From Roseibacillus sp. (GTDB lineage Bacteria > Verrucomicrobiota > Verrucomicrobiia > Verrucomicrobiales > Akkermansiaceae), in contig JBPOGI010000005.1 in the NCBI GenBank assembly GCA_051251855.1, positions 224,001 to 288,000 of the forward strand: DNA of 64,000 nt, given 5' to 3'. Below, one piece after another: positions 1 through 10,217 of the stretch. How positions within the stretch are numbered: position 1 is the first letter of the stretch; each line of letters opens with the position of its first letter. A program made the position numbers and the translations under genes. Under the pieces are notes generated by a model. That model was not told the origin of the DNA. It did no database searches and saw only the letters and a program-made list of their open reading frames with translations.

Positions 1-2
1 CG

Positions 3-1352
3 GTGCTGGCGGCCTCTCCGAATGTGATTTTGGTGATGAGCGATGATCAAGGCTGGGGGGATGTGGGATTCAATGGTCATCCTGATCTCGAAACGCCTCA
101 TCTGGATGCGATGGCGGCGAATGGGGTGAAGTTCGACCGATTCTATGCTGCTGCACCGCTTTGTTCGCCAACGAGGGGCAGTGTTCTAACGGGCCGTTTT
201 CCTTTTCGCTATGGTATTCTAGCAGCCCATACCGGCGGGATGCGGACTGGAGAGATTACGGTGGCGGAAGCTCTTCAGAAGCAGGGATACGCTACCGGAT
301 TTTTTGGAAAGTGGCATATTGGTTGGGTGGATCCCGATGATGTGGGCTCCAGAGGGTTTTACTCTCCGCCGAATCATCATGGTTTTGATTATTCCTTTGC
401 TACCACGAGCGCGGTTCCCACTTGGGATCCGGGGGCGACGCCCAAAGGCTGGAATAGCTGGGGTCAGAAAGAAGGAGAGCCTTGGAAGGGTGGCTCGCCT
501 TACTTCGAGAACGGCACTCCTGTGACCGAGAACATGAAGGGAGATGATAGTCGTATTATTATGGACCGGGTGGTTCCGTTTTTGGAGAAAAACAGGGACC
601 AGCCCTTTCTCGCGACGGTTTGGTTTCATGCACCCCATGAGCCGGTGGTGGCTGGGCCTGAGTATCGGGAGCGTTATGCGGAGTTTGATGAGGGGCGGCA
701 GCATTACTTTGGGTGTCTTACGGCGATGGATGACCAGGTTGGAAGACTGCGTGCCAAGTTGCGGGAGCTAGGAATTGAGAAGAATACGCTGGTGATTTTT
801 TGTAGCGACAATGGCCCCGCGGATCCGCTGCATCGCAAGAAAATCGCTTCGGCTGGACCCTTTAAAGGTCACAAGCATACCATGTATGAGGGAGGGCTCT
901 TGGTGCCGGCTTGTATGGAGTGGCCGGGCGCGATTCCGGCGGGTGGCCAGACCAGCGTGCGTTGTTCAACGGTCGATATTTTTCCCACCGTCGCCGAGGT
1001 TGCGGGCTTTGAGTTTAGAGGCAGCCAAAAGAGGCCGATTGATGGTATCGACCTGATGCCAGTGATTCGGGGAGAGCTTGAGGAACGGGAAGAGGCTTTG
1101 TTTTTCGGTTTTCGTCGTCTGCATCAAGGAACAGATGGAAAGGCGATTATTAGCGGGGACTACAAACTTTTGCGGGAAGCGACTAAAGGTGGGAAGGGGC
1201 GGCTGCGGCTCTATGAAATCAACAAGGATCCTTATGAGAAGAAGGACATCGCGGCGGAACGTCCTGAGCTTGTAGAGAGGCTCTCAGCTGAGTTGGAAGA
1301 GCTGGAAAAGAGCTGCCAATTGAGTCGTGATGGTCAGGATTATCGCTATTAG
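3..1352 (+). CDS. Formylglycine-dependent sulfatase (arylsulfatase family); probably 5'-truncated by the window edge
   Basis: PNVILVMSDDQG N-terminal motif, CSPTRGSVLTGR (CxPxR) signature, GKWH and SDNG motifs. Confidence 0.95.
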   Translation: MLAASPNVILVMSDDQGWGDVGFNGHPDLETPHLDAMAANGVKFDRFYAAAPLCSPTRGSVLTGRFPFRYGILAAHTGGMRTGEITVAEALQKQGYATGFFGKWHIGWVDPDDVGSRGFYSPPNHHGFDYSFATTSAVPTWDPGATPKGWNSWGQKEGEPWKGGSPYFENGTPVTENMKGDDSRIIMDRVVPFLEKNRDQPFLATVWFHAPHEPVVAGPEYRERYAEFDEGRQHYFGCLTAMDDQVGRLRAKLRELGIEKNTLVIFCSDNGPADPLHRKKIASAGPFKGHKHTMYEGGLLVPACMEWPGAIPAGGQTSVRCSTVDIFPTVAEVAGFEFRGSQKRPIDGIDLMPVIRGELEEREEALFFGFRRLHQGTDGKAIISGDYKLLREATKGGKGRLRLYEINKDPYEKKDIAAERPELVERLSAELEELEKSCQLSRDGQDYRY

Positions 1353-1468
1353 TGACTGATAATGAGGAGTTCGGAGGTTACCTGATTAAGCGCGATTTTT
1401 CGCTTTTTGACCCTCTGGTCCCGATTCTGACCCTTGACAGGACCTAAAATCGAAGGCTTGTTAGGTTC

Positions 1469-2122
1469 GTGGAAGTAGATCGTGAAAAGACGGAGATCCC
1501 AAAGAAGTCGATTTATCGGCTTTCTCTCTACCATCGATGCCTCGGCAAGCTGCATGAGAATGGCTTGGAAACGGTGAGTTCGTCTGCGCTCGCAAAGGCG
1601 GCGGGTGTGAAGGCGTCGCAGTTGCGACGCGATATCTCGCATGTGGGTCAATTTGGTACGAGAGGTCTGGGTTATCAGGTTGATGAGCTGCGCCTAGCGA
1701 TTCGCGAAACGCTCGGTCGGGAGCATCTGCAGCCAGTGATTCTGGTGGGGGCAGGTAACTTAGGCAGTGCCCTTTTACGCTATGGAGGTTTTCAAAAGGA
1801 AGGTTTTGAGGTCATTGCAGCCTTTGATGCCGTCCCTGAAGCGGTGATGAAAAGGGAAATCGGGGTGCCTCTCCTAGGTCCCGAAAAAATGGACCACTTC
1901 ATTGCTACTAATAAGGTCAAATTGGCGATTCTCTGTGTGCCTGCCGAGAATGCCCAAGAAGTGGCCAACGATTTGGTGCTAGCAGGGGTGCAGGGTATTC
2001 TTAATTTTTCACCTTCTGTCTTGCAGGTTCCCGAGAAAGTGACCGTGAACAATGTCGATTTGGCGCTCGAGCTCGAAAATGTCAGTTTCTTCATTGGCCG
2101 CGATGGTGAGGCTGAGGAGTAG
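1469..2122 (+). CDS. rex: Redox-sensing transcriptional repressor Rex
   Basis: IPKKSIYRLSLY winged helix, QLRRD..GQFGTRGLGY, VGAGNLGSAL Rossmann motif, GILNFSP. Confidence 0.95.
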   Translation: MEVDREKTEIPKKSIYRLSLYHRCLGKLHENGLETVSSSALAKAAGVKASQLRRDISHVGQFGTRGLGYQVDELRLAIRETLGREHLQPVILVGAGNLGSALLRYGGFQKEGFEVIAAFDAVPEAVMKREIGVPLLGPEKMDHFIATNKVKLAILCVPAENAQEVANDLVLAGVQGILNFSPSVLQVPEKVTVNNVDLALELENVSFFIGRDGEAEE

Positions 2123-2175
2123 ATACCGAATTTTCTTCCAAGATTCTGCGGTTAGTGGCGTTGTGTAGATAACTT

Positions 2176-3624
2176 ATGAGTAGGCTCCTTCTTTTATTTT
2201 TACTGTCGATGGCTACCTCTGGTGCCGCTCTCAATGGCGATTGGCGCCGGCTTTCTGATGGTCAAGGAGGCGGGGTCAATGCTCGGGCGGTGGCTCTTCT
2301 TGGTGAGGGGCGAGTGCTGTTAGAGAACGAAGCCGGTGACCAATTCGAGACGCCATTAGAGGTTCTTTCTACCGAGGACCAAGCATGGTTTCAAGAATGG
2401 GAAGCGGAATGGAAAACTCGCGCGGAAGTAGGGAAAAAGCTGAACGAGGCGATTGAACAGCCTGTATTTCGTGACTCCTGGAGACTGTGGGATGAGAAGG
2501 CTTCCGAAGTAGCTAAGCGCTTAGGATGGCGTCCTGAGTCCAAAACGCCGTATTCGAGTAGCTTTCGAAAATATACTAAAGCAGATTATCGTTTCTTAGG
2601 TGCGCGGCCTTACTCGGTGTCTGCCTATGGGGATGACCGAGAACTCTTGGCGCGGATGTCGTTGGTGTTTGCCAACAAAGGAGATTCCTTCTCCGCAGCG
2701 GGGATGGGCGAGGACCACTTTGAGGAAGGAGAGAGTAAGACGACGATGAGAAAGTTCGAGGATATGCTCAAAGAGGATGCCAAAAAGCTGAACGAATCGC
2801 TGGCGAGTGTTCTTGGCGAGGGTGAGACTCAATTTTTCGGTGAAGGTAATGACCGTCGGCGAGTGGTGCGATGGGATTGGAACGGGCATGCTTTCATTCT
2901 TTCGGAAGAAGATGACGAGTATGTCGGTCTATTGATTGTTTCGATCGAAGAAGCGGAAAATCGCGGGCGCACGGACCGGATTTCGGATAAGGAAATCATG
3001 GAGCGTCTCTCGGCGAATGTGGTGCGCGAGGAAAACGGTGATGTTTATGTGAAGAACATCCCGATGGTGAATCAGGGGCCCAAGGGATACTGCGTGCCGG
3101 CGACTTTTGAGCGTGCGATGCGCTATCAGGGAGTGCCTGCGGATATGTATTTGTTGGCGGTGGCCGGAGGAACGGCTCCGGGTGGGGGGACGAATACGCA
3201 GCGCCTTTTTGAAGAAGTGGAGTCCATGGTGCGCCGCAAAGGCCGTCGTCCGGATGATGTGAAAGTGGATCCGCTGCGGATGAGAACGGTGCAACGCTAC
3301 ATTGATGATGGGGTGCCCATTATGTGGCAGATGTGCAGTCTTTCCGATTACAACAGCATCGCGAACAAGCGGACTCAGGAACGCAAGTCGGTCACCGACT
3401 GGACGAGCTATGCGGAGAAGATTGCGGGTGAGGCAAAGGAGAATGCCAAAAAGATGGAGGGCATTGAGGACAATCGCCACGTGTGTATGATCATTGGTTA
3501 CAACGAGGCGACTCAAGAGTTAGCGGTCAGCGACTCTTGGGGTGAACGTTATGCGATTCGATGGGTGCACATAGAGGAGGCCGCTGCGGTAAGCAATGAG
3601 CGAGGCTTTGCGATTAAGCGATAG
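2176..3624 (+). CDS. Secreted papain-like (C39-like) cysteine peptidase with N-terminal SHD1-like domain
   Basis: Signal peptide; SHD1-like segment (W...G..V.A....V.L....G....PL..LS..DQ.W); NQGPKGYC (catalytic Cys), HVCMIIGYN (His), SDSWG. Confidence 0.75.
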   Translation: MSRLLLLFLLSMATSGAALNGDWRRLSDGQGGGVNARAVALLGEGRVLLENEAGDQFETPLEVLSTEDQAWFQEWEAEWKTRAEVGKKLNEAIEQPVFRDSWRLWDEKASEVAKRLGWRPESKTPYSSSFRKYTKADYRFLGARPYSVSAYGDDRELLARMSLVFANKGDSFSAAGMGEDHFEEGESKTTMRKFEDMLKEDAKKLNESLASVLGEGETQFFGEGNDRRRVVRWDWNGHAFILSEEDDEYVGLLIVSIEEAENRGRTDRISDKEIMERLSANVVREENGDVYVKNIPMVNQGPKGYCVPATFERAMRYQGVPADMYLLAVAGGTAPGGGTNTQRLFEEVESMVRRKGRRPDDVKVDPLRMRTVQRYIDDGVPIMWQMCSLSDYNSIANKRTQERKSVTDWTSYAEKIAGEAKENAKKMEGIEDNRHVCMIIGYNEATQELAVSDSWGERYAIRWVHIEEAAAVSNERGFAIKR

Positions 3625-3630
3625 TAGCTA

Positions 3631-6600
3631 CTACTCGCTCCAGCCACCGGGGTCTTTGCGGAACGCTTTGAATTTTCCGTCGTTGCGATCCCAGAGGTAG
3701 ACGTGCCAGAGGTAGGAGCGGTAGACGAGTTGGCAGTTTTCGCGGATGTAGAGTTCTTCGCGCGCGGAGGGGTATTCCCAGCGTAGGTTACGTTTACGGG
3801 AACGGAATTTTTCGCGGTTGAGGAGAATCCAGACCCGTTCGTCTTGGGCGAAGACTTCTTGCAGTCCGGCGACGCGGTTGATGACTTCGGCGTCTCCATT
3901 GCGGTCACGGAGGAGTCCGTTGTCGCTGTAGGTGAAGTCGTAGAGGATGGGGACGGCGAGGTCGTAGTCGGCTTGCCCGACTTCCATCTTGGCGGCGTGG
4001 GGATGGGGCTCGGTAATCATGACCTTGTCACCGTCCCGAAGGTTGGCTTTGACGTAACGGAGGCCGGAGATGGGGTCGCCGAGGATTTTTTCTTCGTAAG
4101 AACCGAGGATGCGCCAGGGGCTCCAGCTGAGGAGAACGACGAGAAGGGCGATGTTGCGGAGGAGGTGTGCACCACGCTGGTTGCCGGTCCACCGCTTGAG
4201 GTATTCGAAAAAGACCCACATCCCGTGACAACCTAACAGAACCCAGAGCGCGATGAGGGTGTATTGGTAGCGGAAGCTGGGGGAGGTGATGAGTAGATTG
4301 AGAAAGAGGACTCCGGCGAGGAGGGAGACGTGCAAGACGATGAGGCGTCGATAGCCTGCGCGAAGGGCGTAGATGAGGCTGACAAGCCAGAATACCGAGA
4401 GGGCGATGTGGAGGCGAGAGTAGCCGATGAAGAGGGCGAAGAGGTTGCCGAGTTCCCAGAAGTTGGGGGCGATGGTGGCTTCGACGTTAGGGGAAATGCC
4501 GACGGGGCGGGTCATGCATTTCATTTGGAAAAGGAGGATGTCGATGGCGATGGCGGCTCCGGTGACCATGAGAGCGAGCACGGCTTTGACCTCCCACTTC
4601 CAGTTCACGTCTTTGCCAAAGAGGACATAGAGCACGACGAGAATGGGGACGAAGGAGATGCTGATTTCTTGGCTGAGGACTGCCAAACCAAAGCAGAAGA
4701 TGGCCCACACTCGCCAGCGTGGATTATTGGCCACGATGAAGCCGCGGATGAAGAAATCGATGAGGAGGAGTAGGAAAAGTTGCTGCTGCTGATAGAAGCG
4801 GGCGATGTGGCCGGTGAAGATGAGGAAGGGGTGAACGGCGAAGAAGAAGGTGGCCGCGACCGCGACCCAGCGGCTGTGGCAGTAGGTGTGCGCCATGCGC
4901 CAGACGACCCAGCCGGTGGCGAGGGAGGTAAGCACGGTGAGCATGCGCAGCACCCAAAGGTTGGCGCCGAAAACTTTGGCAAAGAGGCCGGCGAGGTAGT
5001 GATAGCCGGGGCTGCGACTGTACCAGATGCCATCACCGATTTCGGGGAGGCCTGTTTCGGTGATGGAGACCACGGCTTGAATGGAGGCGTATTCGTCGTC
5101 ATCGATGGGTTGCTCCATCATGCGGTAGGCGCGAGGGATGAGGCAAAGAACGAGAAGGAAGGTGAGGGTGAGCCACGCGGGGATGGTGAACTTGGGAGCG
5201 GCCTTTGGTGTTTTCCAAAAGGCGAGGATAGTACCCCCGAACAAGCTGATGGCCAAGACAAGCAAGGCCCACCATCCGGTTCGGAAGAAGAGGTATTCGC
5301 TGCGCTCTAGGAAGGAGAATTTGAGGAAGACGGCGAGTGCGAGGAGGGTGAGGAAACCAATCGCGAAGCGTTCGGCGGTGCGGGATTGGAGCTTGTGGGG
5401 AAGTAGGAAAAGGATGGGGGTGAGCAGGAGGGCGAGGAAGAGGGCCTGCTTTTTCCAAGAGTGGGTGGACCGTTGTTCGCCAATGTAGGTGAGGAGGGGA
5501 AAGTTGGTCCCGGGGCGGGCGGTGTTGTTGCCTAGGATGAGGGGGAATTGCTCGTCTTTCCACTCGGTCTGCCAAGAGCCATTCGATTGGATGCGCGTCT
5601 CTCGCCCACTGTGAGATTGGATGGATGCGTCGAGGGCGACGGCGACGGGGCGACTGCGGCTGTAGCCGGGATGGGGTTCTTGCAGGAGGCGGACGCGGAT
5701 TTCGTTGCGGCCTTTTTTGAGGACGGGTTGGATGCCGTAGCCGTGAAAGTCCTCTTGGCCACGTTCGCGCAGGATTTCGGGAGGGATGCGCCACCAGCCC
5801 TCTTCCAGCACGCCATAGGGATCGGGGTTACCGGCTTTGGGGTCGTCGGGGTCGCCGCCATCATCAAGAAGTTCGCCGGCGGTGGTGGCGGTTTCGCGCT
5901 CTTGGGTGCGGTTGAGGGTGTTTTCGTAGCGTCGGAAGTCGTTGATGGTGGGGTCGCCATGAGCGGGGTTTTCGAAGCGGTTTCCGACAAAGGCGTCGCC
6001 GGTTTCGTCGGGATCGAGAAGGGTGGGGGTGACTGCCAAGGGGCGGCGTCCGCTCCAGCCCACCATCCATCCGCCACTGCCTAGACCCCGCTTTTCGAGG
6101 GAGGGAGGCTGGATGGGGACGTCGTTGACGTAGAGCATGTAGGGCGCGCGGGAGGCGACTCGGACAAAGGCATCGGCGACGCTGTCGGGTTGGTCCCAGT
6201 GATAGACGAAGTCTTGCCCGCTGGTCGCTCCTTGTTTGTTTTGGAGGGCATTGGCAATCATCCATTGGCCGGAGAATTTTTCTTCGAACAATCCTTTGGG
6301 CACAAAAGTGATGGGGCTGCCGCTGAACCGTCGGCCGGCGATGGCGTTGTCCCAGTGTGAGACGTCGGCGTCTTTGTTAGGCCATTGTCGTTGGCCGAGC
6401 CCTTTGGGGACGGGCTCTCCTTTCCAGGTCTCGTTGCTTCGGAGGGAGACGTGCTCGCCGTTTTCCAGTTTGATTTCGCCGGTGAGGCAGAAGGCGACTC
6501 CGGTCCATCGGCCTTCCGTCTCGACCGCGATGCAGTTTTCGCCGGGGTCGAGGAAAGGGCGGATATCAAAGTAGATGGGGGAACGGTGGTTGGCGTGGCC

Positions 6601-7002
6601 AGTCCATTGGTATTCGCGCGGAAAATTGTAGGCCACGGCAGGGCTGCTGGTGACGGAGCGTTGGCCGGATTCGGTGAGCCCGTTTTGGTAGGGGCGGGTG
6701 GCGCGCCAGTAGCTGAGCGCGCCGATGGGATTGCCGTTGATGAGGACTTCGAAGCCACCTTCGGAGGCGATGGTGAGCCAAGCGTGTTCGACTTCGGCGG
6801 TGAGGGAGAAATTTTGGCGGAAGCAGCCGGTGCGCTGGGTGTCGTCTTGCACGCGAATCCACTTGGCGTCTTGAGGGAATTCGAAGGTGCGTCCGAGTGG
6901 TTCGGAGGGGGAGAGGGCGGTTCCGATGATCCACCACAAGCCGCCGATGGCAAAGGCGCAGGCCAGTGCAAAGCGGAGACGGGCGATGGAAGGTTTTCTC
7001 AC
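3631..7002 (-). CDS. Large GT-C fold (PMT/ArnT-like) membrane glycosyltransferase with ~500-aa N-terminal extracytoplasmic beta-sandwich region
   Basis: About a dozen TM helices in the C-terminal half, acidic loop motif IDDDEY, ARFYQ motif; N-terminal part resembles alpha-L-rhamnosidase N-terminal jelly-roll domains (WI..CFRQNF..A.LTI....FEVLING). Confidence 0.75.
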   Translation of the reverse strand: MRKPSIARLRFALACAFAIGGLWWIIGTALSPSEPLGRTFEFPQDAKWIRVQDDTQRTGCFRQNFSLTAEVEHAWLTIASEGGFEVLINGNPIGALSYWRATRPYQNGLTESGQRSVTSSPAVAYNFPREYQWTGHANHRSPIYFDIRPFLDPGENCIAVETEGRWTGVAFCLTGEIKLENGEHVSLRSNETWKGEPVPKGLGQRQWPNKDADVSHWDNAIAGRRFSGSPITFVPKGLFEEKFSGQWMIANALQNKQGATSGQDFVYHWDQPDSVADAFVRVASRAPYMLYVNDVPIQPPSLEKRGLGSGGWMVGWSGRRPLAVTPTLLDPDETGDAFVGNRFENPAHGDPTINDFRRYENTLNRTQERETATTAGELLDDGGDPDDPKAGNPDPYGVLEEGWWRIPPEILRERGQEDFHGYGIQPVLKKGRNEIRVRLLQEPHPGYSRSRPVAVALDASIQSHSGRETRIQSNGSWQTEWKDEQFPLILGNNTARPGTNFPLLTYIGEQRSTHSWKKQALFLALLLTPILFLLPHKLQSRTAERFAIGFLTLLALAVFLKFSFLERSEYLFFRTGWWALLVLAISLFGGTILAFWKTPKAAPKFTIPAWLTLTFLLVLCLIPRAYRMMEQPIDDDEYASIQAVVSITETGLPEIGDGIWYSRSPGYHYLAGLFAKVFGANLWVLRMLTVLTSLATGWVVWRMAHTYCHSRWVAVAATFFFAVHPFLIFTGHIARFYQQQQLFLLLLIDFFIRGFIVANNPRWRVWAIFCFGLAVLSQEISISFVPILVVLYVLFGKDVNWKWEVKAVLALMVTGAAIAIDILLFQMKCMTRPVGISPNVEATIAPNFWELGNLFALFIGYSRLHIALSVFWLVSLIYALRAGYRRLIVLHVSLLAGVLFLNLLITSPSFRYQYTLIALWVLLGCHGMWVFFEYLKRWTGNQRGAHLLRNIALLVVLLSWSPWRILGSYEEKILGDPISGLRYVKANLRDGDKVMITEPHPHAAKMEVGQADYDLAVPILYDFTYSDNGLLRDRNGDAEVINRVAGLQEVFAQDERVWILLNREKFRSRKRNLRWEYPSAREELYIRENCQLVYRSYLWHVYLWDRNDGKFKAFRKDPGGWSE

Positions 7003-7008
7003 GGAGAG

Positions 7009-8508
7009 TTAGAGGCCTTTCGATTGGCGGCGGGCTTCGGCGGCGGCGGTCATGTTTTCCGCGTTCCATTCTCCTTGCGAGAGGATGAGCCAGGAGGTGG
7101 AGATGACACCTCGCTTGTCCTTGCGGAGATAGGGGCCGTAGAGTTCTTGGATTTCGCGCTGGCGGCGGCGGTTCTGGGCAATGTCACCCACTTGCAGGCT
7201 GGTGAGTTGGTGATGGAAGCGCGCTTGGATGGCGGTGGGTTCGGTTTCGCAGAGGCGGCCAAATTGCTGATGGGCTTCGGCGAGGCGTCCGGCATTGAAG
7301 TCGTCGATGGTGACACGCATCCATGAGCGGGAGAGTTCCCGTTGCCACTCGGGGGGGAGGTCGCTGCGGCGCTCTTCGAGGCTTTGGAGAACTTCTTTGG
7401 CGCGTCCGCCATAGCCGAGCTGTTCCAGTTTCCAGATCTGATAGAGTTGCGCGCAAGTGCTATCGAGTTTGAGGAGAGTTTCGGTGCGGCCTTGTTGCAA
7501 AATGAGGGAGGTGTCGAAGCGGAGGGCGGGCATCCACTTTTGAGCGGATTTGATTTCTTGGAGGCTTTCTTGATAGTTGCCGTCGAGGGTGGCGGTCTTG
7601 GCGGCGCGGAGGTGTTTGCTGGCGTTGAGAACGGGGACGAGTGCGGAGGCGACGAGGATGAGAGTGCTGGCGGCGACTGCTATGCCAGCTCGCTTGAGGA
7701 GGGTTCGACGTCCTTTGTTCGGCATTTGTTTGAGGAGTCCGAAGGCACCCATTCCAAAAGCGATGGCACCGAGCCAAGCAACGAACCAGCCTCGGCCGAC
7801 GAATTGAGAGAAGGCGGGGTTGAGTCCGAACCACCAGATGACTTCGGGGATTTCCTCGATACCCAAGGTGGCGAGGGAGTCCATGGGAGTGCGGAAGGCG
7901 GCCAGAAAGATGGGAGGATCTTGCATGTTGGCCACGAGTTGAATCTCGTTGTAGCGCTCGGAGTGGGCGCGGAAGACGTCGCCACCCAGCCACGTGAGAT
8001 TGTCGTGTTGCTGCTGCAGCCAAGCGGCGTCGCCGGAGGTTTCGACGTCTTGCACGATGACCCATTGGGGATACCACCAGACGAGGGGGAAAACGGACAT
8101 GGACCAGAGAAAGGACCAGGCGAGAAGGTTGTGGGCGATAGCGGGAACTCGTCCGAAGGAGATGGTGTGCAGGGCGTGCTTGATTTTTTGCAGGAAGCGC
8201 TTGAGAAGGCGCTTGGGGAAGGAGCCGGAGAGGGGAGCGCGGTGGGCCTTTGCTTTTACGCGTTCGGCTTTCCAATGGCGAAGAAAGGAGGGGCCTTGTC
8301 TCCAAAGAATCAGAACACATCCGAGGACCCAAATGGTCAAGGCGATGAGGAGTCCGGCTTTGAAGTATTTGGTCACCGGGGAGTCGCGGACGGTGGCGGT
8401 CCCGTCGGCTTCCCATCCTTGCGGAAGAGTGAACCAGCTTTCCTTGAGAGCGAGGGCCATCAGGAGCAGCCCGACAAGGAAGACTCCCAATGCCGCGAGC
8501 CTAGCCAT
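7009..8508 (-). CDS. Membrane protein (~5 TM) with C-terminal TPR-like helical domain, function unknown
   Basis: Several hydrophobic segments followed by amphipathic helical repeats; overlaps the adaptor stop codon by 8 nt, suggesting an operon. Confidence 0.6.
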   Translation of the reverse strand: MARLAALGVFLVGLLLMALALKESWFTLPQGWEADGTATVRDSPVTKYFKAGLLIALTIWVLGCVLILWRQGPSFLRHWKAERVKAKAHRAPLSGSFPKRLLKRFLQKIKHALHTISFGRVPAIAHNLLAWSFLWSMSVFPLVWWYPQWVIVQDVETSGDAAWLQQQHDNLTWLGGDVFRAHSERYNEIQLVANMQDPPIFLAAFRTPMDSLATLGIEEIPEVIWWFGLNPAFSQFVGRGWFVAWLGAIAFGMGAFGLLKQMPNKGRRTLLKRAGIAVAASTLILVASALVPVLNASKHLRAAKTATLDGNYQESLQEIKSAQKWMPALRFDTSLILQQGRTETLLKLDSTCAQLYQIWKLEQLGYGGRAKEVLQSLEERRSDLPPEWQRELSRSWMRVTIDDFNAGRLAEAHQQFGRLCETEPTAIQARFHHQLTSLQVGDIAQNRRRQREIQELYGPYLRKDKRGVISTSWLILSQGEWNAENMTAAAEARRQSKGL

Positions 8509-9988
8509 TGCTTTGGTAGTCGAATTCGCGAGTCTCCGTGACTTCGATTTGGTCGGACTCGCGGAGAATCCAGTGGCCTTCGACGATGACTTCTTCTCCG
8601 GGTTGAATACCGTCTAGAATTTCGACGGCGTAATCATCGACGATGCCCACTTCGACTCGGCGCGCCTGCCAGCCTGACTCGTCATCCTTCATGTAGACCA
8701 CGCCGGCTCCAGCTGAGATGGAGAGGAGGGCGGACCTGGGGATGGCGATTCCGGTTCGGGTGACTGTGAGGCGTCCGAAGCCAGTCATGCCCATCGCGAC
8801 GGGCTTGGTTTCGGGGAGGTTTTGGAGGGTCATGCGCGCTTTGAAAGTGGCGGCCCACTCGGGTGCTCCTGAACCACGAGGGCGGAGAGGGCGGGAGATT
8901 TCGGGGCCTCCTTCGTTGAAGCTGATGACGGGGGTCACGTTTTCGATTTCGGCTTGGAAGGAGTGACCGGGATAGGCTTCGAGCCGCACTTCGCCGGTGA
9001 GGCCTTTTTCCACGAAAGAGAAATCGGATTGGTCGTAGTAGGCTTCGAACCAAAGTCCGCTGACGACCACGAAGCCAGGCTTGCCGGGGTCAGCATTGTA
9101 TTCGCCTTCCTTGATGAGGGTGCGCTCGACGATGCCGTCGATGGGGGAGAGGATTTGATAATTCTGGAGTTCGAGCTCACGATGCGCGACGGCTTCGCGA
9201 GCATCACGGACAGCGTTGCGTGCGATTTGGAGACTTTCGGTGACGCCTTTCTCGGCCATCTGAACGCGGACGAGAGCTTCTCCATAGCTTTGTTCGGCTT
9301 CGGCGAATTCTTTTTCGGCATTGAGGAGGGCGGTCTTGGCGACGACCCCTTTTTCGAAAGCGCGGCGATAGCGTTCCACCATGTCGCGAGCGAGGGCGAC
9401 CTTTTCGGTTTCGGCTTTGACGTTCAGCTTCTCCATGTTGGGCCGCTCTTGCGCGAGGACGTAGGCGGAGCCGGCGACGACGCGCGCGAGTTCGGCTTCG
9501 GCAGTGGAAACGGCGAGCTGGGCACTGGCGAGTTTGATGTCGGCGAGTTCGCTATCGAGCTCGGCCATGACGTCGCCTTTTTTGACGCGGTCTCCTTCTT
9601 GAAAGTGGACCTTGGTGATGGGGGCGAGCGGGACGAGAGGGATGAGGATGGGGTCGCTGGCGCAGACGCCTTCGCCCATGATGAAGCGGGTGAATTCGCG
9701 TTCGCCAGCAGGGGAGACGACAACGGGAAGCGGCTTGTCCATCTTGCGCATCATGGCGGGGTAGCCGAGACCCGAGCTATAGAACTTGGTGGCGGGATCC
9801 ATGTAGGAAGGCCAGAGGACTTTCCAACCCACGGCGAGGATGAAGAGACCGAGGATGAGCCCTCCCCAAAGGAGTCCGCGATTGTCGCGGATGAGCTCGC
9901 TGATCACCCTCGTGAGACGTTTCCACCAAGAGGGATTCTCGGGTGGGAGGTCTTCGGTGGAAGTTGAACTGGAGGAGGAGTTGGGCAT
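8501..9988 (-). CDS. Efflux RND/HlyD-type periplasmic adaptor (membrane fusion protein)
   Basis: One N-terminal TM, lipoyl half-motifs (VHFQEGDRVKKGDVMAEL; ILSPIDGIV), long coiled-coil hairpin, C-terminal VEVG..VEILDGIQPGEEVIVEG. Confidence 0.9.
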   Translation of the reverse strand: MPNSSSSSTSTEDLPPENPSWWKRLTRVISELIRDNRGLLWGGLILGLFILAVGWKVLWPSYMDPATKFYSSGLGYPAMMRKMDKPLPVVVSPAGEREFTRFIMGEGVCASDPILIPLVPLAPITKVHFQEGDRVKKGDVMAELDSELADIKLASAQLAVSTAEAELARVVAGSAYVLAQERPNMEKLNVKAETEKVALARDMVERYRRAFEKGVVAKTALLNAEKEFAEAEQSYGEALVRVQMAEKGVTESLQIARNAVRDAREAVAHRELELQNYQILSPIDGIVERTLIKEGEYNADPGKPGFVVVSGLWFEAYYDQSDFSFVEKGLTGEVRLEAYPGHSFQAEIENVTPVISFNEGGPEISRPLRPRGSGAPEWAATFKARMTLQNLPETKPVAMGMTGFGRLTVTRTGIAIPRSALLSISAGAGVVYMKDDESGWQARRVEVGIVDDYAVEILDGIQPGEEVIVEGHWILRESDQIEVTETREFDYQSNG

Positions 9989-10217
9989 GAATCGAACTGT
10001 TCAAGAGTAATGATAGTCGACTGGTATAAAATGATAGATGAATTGGCACTTGGGGCTAGCCCTGAGTCCGCCATCAAAAGAGGGCCCCACCCGATCACCG
10101 CTCCATTCCACTAGACGGTTTTCGAGTGAGGCTTTTGGGGGAGTGTGAGAGGCTCTTGAGGATATGCAAGTTGGCGAAGTGAGAGCTAGGCTTCGTTGTC
10201 TCTTGAGTCCGCGAATC

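Noticed and set aside
1353..1500. Rex operator (TTGTGAA-N4-TTCACAA) upstream of rex or elsewhere
   Set aside because: Only half-sites seen (e.g. TTCACAA near 48463); no convincing full palindrome
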